This document shows, piece after piece, positions 36,085 to 44,835 of a DNA stretch of 64,000 bases; within the stretch, counting starts at the first letter, position 1; each line of letters starts with the position of its first letter. The stretch spans positions 4,724-68,723 of the forward strand of contig JASMKO010000057.1 of assembly GCA_030749225.1 (NCBI GenBank), given 5' to 3'. The notes beneath the pieces are model-generated. The model had not been told where the DNA came from. It ran no database searches and saw only the letters and a program-made list of their open reading frames with translations. The stretch is from Verrucomicrobiota bacterium (GTDB taxonomy: Bacteria > Verrucomicrobiota > Verrucomicrobiia > Limisphaerales > UBA1096). Made by a program: the position numbers and the translations under genes.

Positions 36085-37617
36085 TCACCGCTCGCCACTC
36101 ACAAGTGCACGGTGTTTCGCGAACGGCTTGCGGAGAGATTTTGAGAGGTCGTCCTGCAAAGATTGCACTTCGCGGTAGACAGCAACGTTTTCGTCGTTTG
36201 GCTCGGCGGTTTCACGCGTGTTCAGTTTCACAAACCGATCGGTGATTTCCTCGATGCTCACGTTGTTGCCCTGATGGTTGCGGAGACTCCACAACGCCTG
36301 CAGTGCCGCACCGTACGCTGCCCCCTCGCCCACCTTGAGCGTGACAACTTGTGCGTTGAAAACATCGGCCATGATCTGCCGCCAAAGTTTGGAGTTCGCC
36401 CCACCGCCAGTGGCGCGAATCTGCGTTGGCTTGACACCGAGTTTCTCTAGCCGGCGAAGGCCATAGTTCATGCCCAGCGTCACGCCCTCCATCGTCGCGC
36501 GTGCAAAATGTTTTTCGGTGAATGTCCCGGCGCGTACGCCGAAGTAGACGCCGGTTCCATCCGGCACATTCGGCGTGCGCTCACCCTCAAGGTACGGGAG
36601 CAGCAGCAACCCGTCGGAACCGACCGGGGCCTTGCGCGCGGCGGCCTCGTACTGGGCATGCGTCCACTTGAAATCCTTGCGAATCAACTCAGTCGCCACA
36701 GTAACGTTCATTGTGCAGAGTAACGGTAGCCATCGATTAGTCGAGTCGCAGAACGCCGCAATCTCGCCTTTCGGATCGACCACCGGTTTTCCTGTGCAGG
36801 CGTAGATTGTGCCGCTTGTGCCAAAGCTCGCGGTCACGACACCCGGGCGCGTGTTGCCGGTGCCAATCGCACCCATCATGTTGTCGCCTCCACCGGCGCT
36901 AACCACCACGTCGGTGTTTAGGCCCAACCGCTTGGCGGTCGATGTCTGTAACGCGCCAGCCGACTGATCGCTGGAGATGAGCCGGGGCAATTTGCCCTCC
37001 AAGCCGGCGTCGATCGCTCTCAACGTTTTCCCCGACCACTTGCGCGTGCGGACATTAAGCAGAGCCGTACCACTGGCATCGCCGTACTCCATAACGGCGT
37101 TTCCGGTAAGCCAGTAGTTCAGATAATCGTGCGGTAGCAGCACGGTGGCCAGCCGCTTGAAACGCTTCGGCTCATTTTTCTTTAGCCAAAGAATTTTGCC
37201 GGCGGTGAAGCCGGGCAGCACGGCGTTGCCGAGTTCCTTGATCGAGCCTTTCAGTCCGCCGAGCTTGGACATGATCTCGTCGCATTCGTCGGCCGTGGCA
37301 GTATCGCACCACAGCTTGGCCGGGCGGATCACTTCGCCCTTTTTGTCGAGCGGCACGAAGCCGTGCTGCTGGCCGCTGACCCCGATCGCACGCACCTCGC
37401 CGGCCATGGCCTTGGCCTCTTTGAGCGCGGTGCGGATGCCCGCCTGGGTGGCGTCGATCCAGTCGGCGGGATGCTGCTCCTTGGCCCCGGCGGGCAGACC
37501 GCCGATCAGGCCGTAAGCCCTGGAGCCTTCGCCCAGTACCTTGCCGTTCTTGGCGTCCACCACCAATGCCTTGGTGGATTGCGTGCCACTGTCGATGCCG
37601 ATGACTAATTCCCTCAT
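36085..37617 (-). CDS. xylB: Xylulokinase (FGGY carbohydrate kinase)
   Basis: I reset the start to ATG 37617 (MRELVIGIDSGTQSTKALVVD...). FGGY N- and C-domain motifs are present (…GVSGQQHGFVPLD…, …GGGANSKLWRQIMADVF…). Confidence 0.88.
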   Translation of the reverse strand: MRELVIGIDSGTQSTKALVVDAKNGKVLGEGSRAYGLIGGLPAGAKEQHPADWIDATQAGIRTALKEAKAMAGEVRAIGVSGQQHGFVPLDKKGEVIRPAKLWCDTATADECDEIMSKLGGLKGSIKELGNAVLPGFTAGKILWLKKNEPKRFKRLATVLLPHDYLNYWLTGNAVMEYGDASGTALLNVRTRKWSGKTLRAIDAGLEGKLPRLISSDQSAGALQTSTAKRLGLNTDVVVSAGGGDNMMGAIGTGNTRPGVVTASFGTSGTIYACTGKPVVDPKGEIAAFCDSTNRWLPLLCTMNVTVATELIRKDFKWTHAQYEAAARKAPVGSDGLLLLPYLEGERTPNVPDGTGVYFGVRAGTFTEKHFARATMEGVTLGMNYGLRRLEKLGVKPTQIRATGGGANSKLWRQIMADVFNAQVVTLKVGEGAAYGAALQALWSLRNHQGNNVSIEEITDRFVKLNTRETAEPNDENVAVYREVQSLQDDLSKSLRKPFAKHRALVSGER

Positions 37618-37689
37618 ACCGATGCGAGTAATTGCGGCGGAGGAAATACCACGCAGTGGGATTGGAGCCAATAAAGAAGGGCCGCAGGC

Positions 37690-38673
37690 TTACTCCTGCT
37701 GGGCGGTTTCGATCTCGCCGTTGATAGCGGCCAACTCGAGGAACAGTTTCTCTAGATCGCGGTAGTAGGTTTCAGCGTCGAGTGTTTTCTTGAGCGAACG
37801 CATCGTTTCGATCTTGGCCTCGGTGGCGAGCCGCTTTTTTCGGAGCGGCTCGGGGACGTCTTTCTCCGTCGGGGGGATCACGGGGAAAACCAAGCGCGAC
37901 AACTTGCCGTCGGCGCTGCTTTTGCCCTTGGCCTTCTTCTGCGTGCGCACGCCACGAAACCAGTCGGCTGGTGTGCCCATGCCGTCGCCGTTGTCGTCGA
38001 GCAGTGCGTTCTCGGAAACCAGGCGATCGTTTTCACGGTAGAATTCAGCAGCCTTGCGCGAGGCAATTAGGAACGCCTCGAGTACCGACACCGCGCCGTC
38101 CTTGTCGAAGTCGGCTTCCGCCTGGCCAAGCGCAGCCGCCATGTAGCCGCCAAAGCGGCAGAAGTTTTGCTCGTAGCCGCTCTTGGTCGCTGTGGCCACG
38201 ACGCGGTTCGGGCCTGAGAGTGACCGGATGAACGGCGCGCTGCAGGAACTGGCGTTGATGAACACAAGCGGCCCACGATGCGGCTTGAGCCAATGCTTAA
38301 AATCCGCATCCGAGACGTCGTTGCCAACGAGGTTGAACTTGGCAGCCTTGCCGTCGAACGTGCCGTGTCCGACGAGTATAATCCAAATTTCACCGCCCGG
38401 CTTTTCAGTCCATTTTTTAAGCGTCGACTCGACGGTCTTTCGCGCGCTGTTGTCTTCCGGCTTGTTGGTAATGTGCACCATCTCGGCGGCGTTGCCGTCG
38501 AAAGCCTTGGCCAAGTCCTCACCCCACTCGGCGAACAGGCTGGTGTATTCTTCCTCACCGCCGGCCCCAGTAATAATCATCACGCGGCGCTCCCCGGCGT
38601 CATTGAACACAGCGACCTCCGAGGCCGGCTTGGCCAGAGGCAACAGTAGCAGGCTCAGCAAAAAAAATCTCAC
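37690..38673 (-). CDS. Secreted protein with a possible caspase-fold (clan CD, legumain/C13-like) His-Cys dyad; last gene of the MoxR operon
   Basis: The GTG start at 38673 overlaps the upstream TGA as GTGA. The signal-like N-terminus is VRFFLLSLLLLPLAKPASE. The candidate dyad is IILVGHGTFDG plus LVFINASSCSAPF. LLDDNGDG and a C-terminal coiled-coil-like tail follow. The family call is an inference from motif spacing only. Confidence 0.5.
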   Translation of the reverse strand: MRFFLLSLLLLPLAKPASEVAVFNDAGERRVMIITGAGGEEEYTSLFAEWGEDLAKAFDGNAAEMVHITNKPEDNSARKTVESTLKKWTEKPGGEIWIILVGHGTFDGKAAKFNLVGNDVSDADFKHWLKPHRGPLVFINASSCSAPFIRSLSGPNRVVATATKSGYEQNFCRFGGYMAAALGQAEADFDKDGAVSVLEAFLIASRKAAEFYRENDRLVSENALLDDNGDGMGTPADWFRGVRTQKKAKGKSSADGKLSRLVFPVIPPTEKDVPEPLRKKRLATEAKIETMRSLKKTLDAETYYRDLEKLFLELAAINGEIETAQQE

Positions 38674-41012
38674 GGCAGCCAGTGCCTCCTTCGCAGCCAC
38701 CACTCCGTGACCAGCAGCAGCAGCGCGGCGGCGAACATCCACGGCAGATGCCACAGCGGGGTTGGAAACGATTCCATCACGTCCGCCTTTTTCGTCGGCA
38801 ACTCTTTCGCCCATCGAGCCAAATCGCTGACAGCGAGCACGCGACCGCCGGTGCGCTCGGCCAAGTCCTCCATGAGCGCTTCGTTGGGCTGCAGCGAGCG
38901 GAACTCGTCCGCCGCCGGGTTACTGGCCCAGCCAACCTCGACGTCGCCGATCACCTTGCCGTCCTCGTCGCGCACCTTGGCTCGCGCCACGTAGCCGCCC
39001 TCCTCGCGCGGAATGTAGAGCGACTCGAACGCGCCAGTTTCGGTGCCGGCCGGCTCGACCGACAAGTCGATGGCCTTTGATTCGTCACCAGCCGGCAACA
39101 CCCTCAACTCGACGTTGGCAAAGCCAAGCGGCTTGAATTCCTCGTTGCGCGCACGGACGGTCAACTTGCGACCGAGCCCCGCCGCGCCGGTTTCGGTCTC
39201 CGTGGCAAGTTGCACGCGGTTGGGCACATCGGCGACAAGCCAGCGGATCATCTGCCGCCAAGCACGCGACAAGTCCTCGCGTTTGCCGTCGCCGGCCATC
39301 TGCCAACGCCACATGTCGCCGACAAGCAGCGCCGCCGACTTGCCGTGGCCATAACGCTGCACCACAAGCGCCGGCAGTTTGCGGCCGTTTTCATCCAGCA
39401 TCGAAGCCATCACGCTGGCACCGGGCTTAATCCGGTCGACCTGGTTGAGCACGCGAAACTTTGGCATGTCCTCGAGGCGATCCTTCTCGTTTGCCTCGGT
39501 TTTCCGAATGCGGACCCACTGGCTTAGCCAACCCTCGCGGGTCAGGCCAAATTCCATATTGTCCACGGGTGAAACTGAGCCGCTGCGCTGCAGATAGACC
39601 GGCAGCAGCTCGGCGATAGGAGTGTTTTCGTATTTACCCTGCGTGAACGACTCCTGGCCGCCAAGCATCATGAAACCGGCGCCGCGCTCGGAGACGTAGC
39701 GGCGAATCAACTCGCGCTGGTGCGGCATGAAAAACGCCGACTCGAGGTCGTCCAGGATGATCGCGTGGTAGCCGAACAACTCGTCGGCGCTCTTCGGGAA
39801 GCCCTCCTTCAACTCGTCCTCGTCCTTCACGTTGAGGCGTTTGAGTCTGGGCTTGTCATAACTACCCTCCTCCTCCTCGTCACCGCGAAAACCTTTGAAA
39901 AGCGGGTTGCCGCTTTCGCCCTCTCGCCCAAGAAAAACAAATTTCGGCTCGCGCTTAGCAATACGGATCAGGCCAACCAGATCGATCTGCGGATCGTCGT
40001 CGAGCGCGCGCTTGAGAAACTTGTATTCCCAGTTGGGCCGACCAGCGACATAAAGGATGCGGTACGGTTCCTTACGCCGCTCAACCGCGACAATGCGGCG
40101 GTTGTTGGCCATGGTGGCCTCCTCTTCATCGGCCTGGCCTTCAGGACGTTCCGCCTGGCGAACCTCGACTGTGTAAAACGAAACACCAAGCGCCTCCGGT
40201 TTGACCTCAAACTCCACATGCATCGCTTGGCCGGGCAGCGGTCGCTGTGTCTCAAGCAGCGCGCCGTCGGGGGCGAGCAGGCGAACCTCGATTTGGTTGG
40301 CCGGAAAGCCGGTGGCCGCGAGGTTGCAATGGATCGATACCGGCGCATCCTCGAATGTCGATGTAGTCACCTGCACCGAGGTGATCGAGATGTCCTTGAT
40401 GTCTGATTTTTTGCCCATGACAACCGGATAAACCGGCCGCAGCGGGCCAAGGCCATCGTTGAGGCTCTCGAGGTCGGTGGCGTTGCCGTCGCTGAAAACC
40501 AGAATCCCGGCGAGCGGCCGACCGCTGAAGCGCTGGCCAAGGTTGCGCATCGATCCGATGAGGGAACTGGCGCGGCCCTTGAAGTCGAGCGAGGCAAAGT
40601 CACCGGTCGTGCGCAACCGCGTGTCGAACGCGTAGCGGCGAATCTGGAAATTCTCGTCGAGCGCCTCCTGCCAGTCGCCCGGCTGCGGCTTCAGAAGCTT
40701 GGCCAATTCCTCCGCGCGGGAGGTCGTGCTGCCAGCATCCCGGATGGCCATGCCCTGGCTGTTGTCAGCCAAGACGGCGATGAAGTTCGCCCCCGGCTTG
40801 GCCTCCTCCCGTACCCACTGTGGCTCAAGCAGACAAAAGCAAAGTAGCGCGATGCCAAGCGTCTTGAGCGTGATGCCGGTGAGCTTGAGATGCATCGGCA
40901 GGCGAGTGCGCCCGTAGCCCCACAGCGACACGAGGATCACCAACACCGCCACCCCCAGTGCCACTGACAGCCACTCGGGACTCTTAAAAACGATGAAACC
41001 GGATTCAGACAT
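38670..41012 (-). CDS. Membrane-anchored Bat-operon protein with a class-I glutamine-amidotransferase-like fold domain
   Basis: 780 aa. There are N-terminal TM helices. The pattern ILYVAGRPNWEYKFLKRAL...YHAIILDDLESAFF...GAGFMMLGG is typical of the large conserved membrane proteins that follow BatA/DUF58/MoxR in PVC and Bacteroidota genomes. A C-terminal TM is present. Confidence 0.65.
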   Translation of the reverse strand: MSESGFIVFKSPEWLSVALGVAVLVILVSLWGYGRTRLPMHLKLTGITLKTLGIALLCFCLLEPQWVREEAKPGANFIAVLADNSQGMAIRDAGSTTSRAEELAKLLKPQPGDWQEALDENFQIRRYAFDTRLRTTGDFASLDFKGRASSLIGSMRNLGQRFSGRPLAGILVFSDGNATDLESLNDGLGPLRPVYPVVMGKKSDIKDISITSVQVTTSTFEDAPVSIHCNLAATGFPANQIEVRLLAPDGALLETQRPLPGQAMHVEFEVKPEALGVSFYTVEVRQAERPEGQADEEEATMANNRRIVAVERRKEPYRILYVAGRPNWEYKFLKRALDDDPQIDLVGLIRIAKREPKFVFLGREGESGNPLFKGFRGDEEEEGSYDKPRLKRLNVKDEDELKEGFPKSADELFGYHAIILDDLESAFFMPHQRELIRRYVSERGAGFMMLGGQESFTQGKYENTPIAELLPVYLQRSGSVSPVDNMEFGLTREGWLSQWVRIRKTEANEKDRLEDMPKFRVLNQVDRIKPGASVMASMLDENGRKLPALVVQRYGHGKSAALLVGDMWRWQMAGDGKREDLSRAWRQMIRWLVADVPNRVQLATETETGAAGLGRKLTVRARNEEFKPLGFANVELRVLPAGDESKAIDLSVEPAGTETGAFESLYIPREEGGYVARAKVRDEDGKVIGDVEVGWASNPAADEFRSLQPNEALMEDLAERTGGRVLAVSDLARWAKELPTKKADVMESFPTPLWHLPWMFAAALLLLVTEWWLRRRHWLP

Positions 41013-41049
41013 TTAGTAAACGCAACGCCCTTTACTTCGTCCTCTGCGT

Positions 41050-44000
41050 TTAATTATCCGTACTGTTCTTCTCCTTGCGGCCGCCAAGGCGCTCGTAGTA
41101 GCGGCGGACAAGTTCGGAGTATTGCTCCGGCACGGGGTCGTGATCGACCGGGACGAGTTCGCGCTTGGGCTGGCGCAATGAAAGCTCCTGCTCAAGCCGC
41201 TTGTTTATCTCGGTCATTGGACGGAGAATTTGCATGTCCACCAAGTCCCATTTCGGCGGTTTGCCATTTTCCTTGTTTTCACGGCGAATGTCGCGGGCGC
41301 GCTGACGCACCTCGGAAACCTGGTTGCGCAGCTCGGGAATCTCGATGACTTCCTCGACTTCGCGGAGCCGATCCTCCCAGTCACGATAGTCGAGCCCGGT
41401 CAGTGGACCGTCAAAATCGAAGTTATCCAAGTCCCGGAACAGGTCGGAGCCACCGCTGCCGCCGGCATTGTCGCGGTTGCCGTCAGGGCGACGGTCAGAC
41501 AGTTCATTGGGGTCACGCGGTTGCCCACCGCGGCCTTGGGCTGTTTGCGGATTATCCTGATCGTTGGGACGCCGCCCCCGGCCTTGACCCGGTCGGTCTT
41601 GCTGTTCCTCCTGCGCTTGGCCTCTGCCCTGGCGTTGTTGATTCTCCTGCGACTCACCGCCGGGCTGGCGCTGGCCTCTACCCTGCTGTTGTTGATTCTC
41701 CTGCTGTTCAGCGTCCTGTTGTTCGCCTGAACCTTCGCGGGGTTCACCTTCCCGGTTTTCACCTTCCTGCGGGCGCTGCCCTTGGCCACGAGAATTCTGC
41801 TCGTCACCTTCCTGTTCGCGTTCGCCCTCGCGACCCCGACGCCCCCGTTGTTGGCCTTGACGATCGTTCATGGCCTGTTCCATCTCGCGCTCCACTTCCT
41901 CGCGCAACTCATTGAGCCGGTCAGCAGCGAAGCGCATGGCATCCTCGTCGCTGCCGATAATTTTCTCGGCGGCATCCTCAACCGTTCCGCGCAACTCGGA
42001 GATGTTCTCGGTCAACTCACGCTGAATGTCATCGGTCTCATTGGGCAGATTGTTGCGCATAAGCAACGACAACTGGTCGAGCGACTCGTCCATGTTTTCC
42101 TGCCGGGCGCGACGAACGCCATCTTCCAACTCCTCTGAGAGCAGTTTCTCCGAGTTCTCAGCCTCGAGGGAGACCTGCTCCATTTGCTGCAGCAACTCAT
42201 CGAGCTGCCCCTTCTGCGACTCGGCCATGTCGAGCGCCTCCTTGAGGTCGCCCTCATCGCTGAGGGAGCGGAATGTTTTCTGCCGATCCTCCTCGATCGC
42301 CTTGTTCAATTCGTTTTGATTGCTGTCGAGCTCACGCGCGTCCTGGCGCATCTCACGCATGGCATCGGCAAATTCGTTGGCGGTCTGTTCCTTGTAATCC
42401 TCCCTGACCTCGTCGAGGTTTCGACTGGCGCGAGAGCCGGAGTTGGCAGCCTGCGAAAGCTGCTGCTGCTCGAGTTTGCGGGCGGTCTCCTCCATCTGCT
42501 CGCGAGCCTCCTCAAGTTGCTGACGCGACTCGGCAAGCTCGTCATTCTGGCTGCTATCCATCCTCTGCTGAACTTCGTCGAGATCGTCGATAAGGTTGCG
42601 CTGCTCATCCTGCAGGCGCTTGAGTTCGCGCTCGATGCGTTCGCGCTCGGCATCATCCTCGGCGTCAAGCAGCGCGATCTGAAGTTCCTGCAGCCGCTGG
42701 TTCAGATCCGACTGCCGCCGCGCGAGTTCCTTGAGGCGGTTCAAGGTCTGCCGTTGCTCGGCACGCTCGCCCTGCTGCTGGGCCTGTTGCTGCTGGCGCT
42801 CAGCCTTGCTCTCCAACTCGTAGTTGTTACGCGTGTCCTGCATCTCGAGTTGGTCAAGCTGGCGCTGGGCGCGGTTGCTGTTGCCGCGGCCCTGCTGCTG
42901 CTGGCGCTGTTGACGAGCCTGCTGGCGGGAGACGCGGAACTCGTTCTCGCGCAGTTTCTGCAAATGCTGGAGGGCGGTCTGCTCGTCGATGATCGCATCG
43001 GAGAGCGCTTGGCCAACTGCTTCGCCGCTGGCGTCCTTGGCCTTGGCGAGGCTGTCTGCCGCGGCCTCCATCGCCTCGTTGGCCTGATACGCCTGGCCAC
43101 CGGACTCGGAGTCCTGCAGTAACGCCGACGCCTGCTCGAGCATGCCAAGTAACTCGCCCTGCGAGTCGAGTACGACCTGGATATCCTCGGCCAATTTTTC
43201 GTCTTCGCTATCGCGGCGCTTGAGATTCCACGTGGCGCTGATGATGTCCTTCTGCGTGTCGAGCAAATTGGCGATGGACTGCTGTTGTTCGCCACCCTGT
43301 TCACCGCCCTCTCCCTGCTGTTGTTGCTGCTGGCGCATGCCCTCTGTAGCGGATCGGTTCTGGCGGAAAATTTCCTCGAACGGCCGCACTGTGGCGAAGA
43401 ACAGGTCGCTGAATCCCCGGCGCAACCCGCCATCCCGGCCACGGTCGTCGGCCCACAGGAAATAGCTCACCACCTGCCCCACCTCGACGCCCAGATCCTC
43501 CATGCGAAGCACGTGGGCAACAGCGAGTTTATTGGTGGCCAAGCCGGAGGCAGTAAGGGAGACATACTGCGGTTCCTCGCCAGCCAACTGGTAGCCGAAG
43601 CCGGCGTCAGCCAACCCGAAGTCGTCACGCGCAACGCCCTGCAGGCGCATCTCCTCGATGGCTGACACCTCGGTGTCGCCCGCAGGCGCCTCGAACTTCA
43701 GCGCCGGAGGGGCGTTCTCGAGCACGTTGAAAACATACCGGGATGGAAAGCGGTTGACCCGTCCCTCGGAATCCTCAAGATGCAATTCGTAGCGGAACTC
43801 GCCCGGCTCACTGAAGTCGCTCAGGAGTTGGAACTGCGGGCTGCCATCGGCGTGTTGCTCCAGCGGAATGTCGTCGCCCTCGCCTTCGCGGGCCTTGAGC
43901 ACTGCCGACTTGAGCGGCTTGTTGAACTGAAAATCGAACGTCAGGCCGGTACCCTCGACGGCGGTGAGGCGGCGTGTGTTGTTAATAACCTTGTCCTCGC

Positions 44001-44835
44001 GGCCGGTGAACTCGGGGTAGTCGAGCCTAGCCTGCGACGACTTCAGCTCCGGGTACTCGAACACGGTCATCCGGTAAAGGTCACCTCCCTGGCCATCGTA
44101 TACAACTTGGTACACGGCATTCGTCTGCACATTGGCCAGACGATAGCTGTACGTGGGGTCGTCAAGGCTCTGCACCATTGTCATCCAGCGTTGGTTTCGG
44201 CCCGGTTCCTTCACGACTAACTTCACGTCGGACTTGTTGCTGGTGAACTTGGCCGAGACAATTAGGCTGGTCCCGCGCTCCACCTCCACGTCACCCGGCT
44301 CCACCACGACACTGTCCTTGGCCAAGCGAACCGTTTGCGACTCGGTGGTGTCAGACATCTGCCAAAAAGCGAGCAGGAATACGGACAGCGCCGCGCCGTG
44401 ATACAGATGCGTCAAAGCCAGGCGACCGTTGGCCTCGAGTTCCCAGCCCTGCTCTCGGCCGGCCTTGAGGGCGTCGGACAGCACACGTTGCTGCAGAAAA
44501 TTCAGCTTGTCGGGATCGTTCTTTTCGATCTGCTCCGAGGCAGTCTCAAGCAGCTTGTTGAGGCCGGGATGGTGCCGCTCGATCATGCGGACGATCTCGG
44601 CCAGCGTCAACCAGTCCACCATTAGCACTTTCACGAAAACCAGCGTCGCCAGTGCAGCGGCTGATACCCCGATGATCGACCACACGAAACCCGTCGCCTG
44701 GCCAAGCGACAGCACGGCCAAGCTGGCCACGGCGCAGGCGGCCCAGCACTTGGCCAAGCCGGAGTAGAGTTTCTGCCGCCGATGCTGGTGGCGGTAGAAC
44801 GTCAACTGATCCTGGAGTGTATTCGGATTGTTCAT
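41050..44835 (-). CDS. DUF4175-like giant membrane/coiled-coil protein with a Gln/Glu/Arg-rich low-complexity region
   Basis: I reset the start to ATG 44835, which overlaps the upstream stop as ATGA (MNNPNTLQDQLTFYRHQHRRQ...). N-terminal TM helices are followed by a long coiled coil rich in Q, E and R. The conserved C-terminal end is ...VPVDHDPVPEQYSELVRRYYERLGG. Confidence 0.7.
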   Translation of the reverse strand: MNNPNTLQDQLTFYRHQHRRQKLYSGLAKCWAACAVASLAVLSLGQATGFVWSIIGVSAAALATLVFVKVLMVDWLTLAEIVRMIERHHPGLNKLLETASEQIEKNDPDKLNFLQQRVLSDALKAGREQGWELEANGRLALTHLYHGAALSVFLLAFWQMSDTTESQTVRLAKDSVVVEPGDVEVERGTSLIVSAKFTSNKSDVKLVVKEPGRNQRWMTMVQSLDDPTYSYRLANVQTNAVYQVVYDGQGGDLYRMTVFEYPELKSSQARLDYPEFTGREDKVINNTRRLTAVEGTGLTFDFQFNKPLKSAVLKAREGEGDDIPLEQHADGSPQFQLLSDFSEPGEFRYELHLEDSEGRVNRFPSRYVFNVLENAPPALKFEAPAGDTEVSAIEEMRLQGVARDDFGLADAGFGYQLAGEEPQYVSLTASGLATNKLAVAHVLRMEDLGVEVGQVVSYFLWADDRGRDGGLRRGFSDLFFATVRPFEEIFRQNRSATEGMRQQQQQQGEGGEQGGEQQQSIANLLDTQKDIISATWNLKRRDSEDEKLAEDIQVVLDSQGELLGMLEQASALLQDSESGGQAYQANEAMEAAADSLAKAKDASGEAVGQALSDAIIDEQTALQHLQKLRENEFRVSRQQARQQRQQQQGRGNSNRAQRQLDQLEMQDTRNNYELESKAERQQQQAQQQGERAEQRQTLNRLKELARRQSDLNQRLQELQIALLDAEDDAERERIERELKRLQDEQRNLIDDLDEVQQRMDSSQNDELAESRQQLEEAREQMEETARKLEQQQLSQAANSGSRASRNLDEVREDYKEQTANEFADAMREMRQDARELDSNQNELNKAIEEDRQKTFRSLSDEGDLKEALDMAESQKGQLDELLQQMEQVSLEAENSEKLLSEELEDGVRRARQENMDESLDQLSLLMRNNLPNETDDIQRELTENISELRGTVEDAAEKIIGSDEDAMRFAADRLNELREEVEREMEQAMNDRQGQQRGRRGREGEREQEGDEQNSRGQGQRPQEGENREGEPREGSGEQQDAEQQENQQQQGRGQRQPGGESQENQQRQGRGQAQEEQQDRPGQGRGRRPNDQDNPQTAQGRGGQPRDPNELSDRRPDGNRDNAGGSGGSDLFRDLDNFDFDGPLTGLDYRDWEDRLREVEEVIEIPELRNQVSEVRQRARDIRRENKENGKPPKWDLVDMQILRPMTEINKRLEQELSLRQPKRELVPVDHDPVPEQYSELVRRYYERLGGRKEKNSTDN

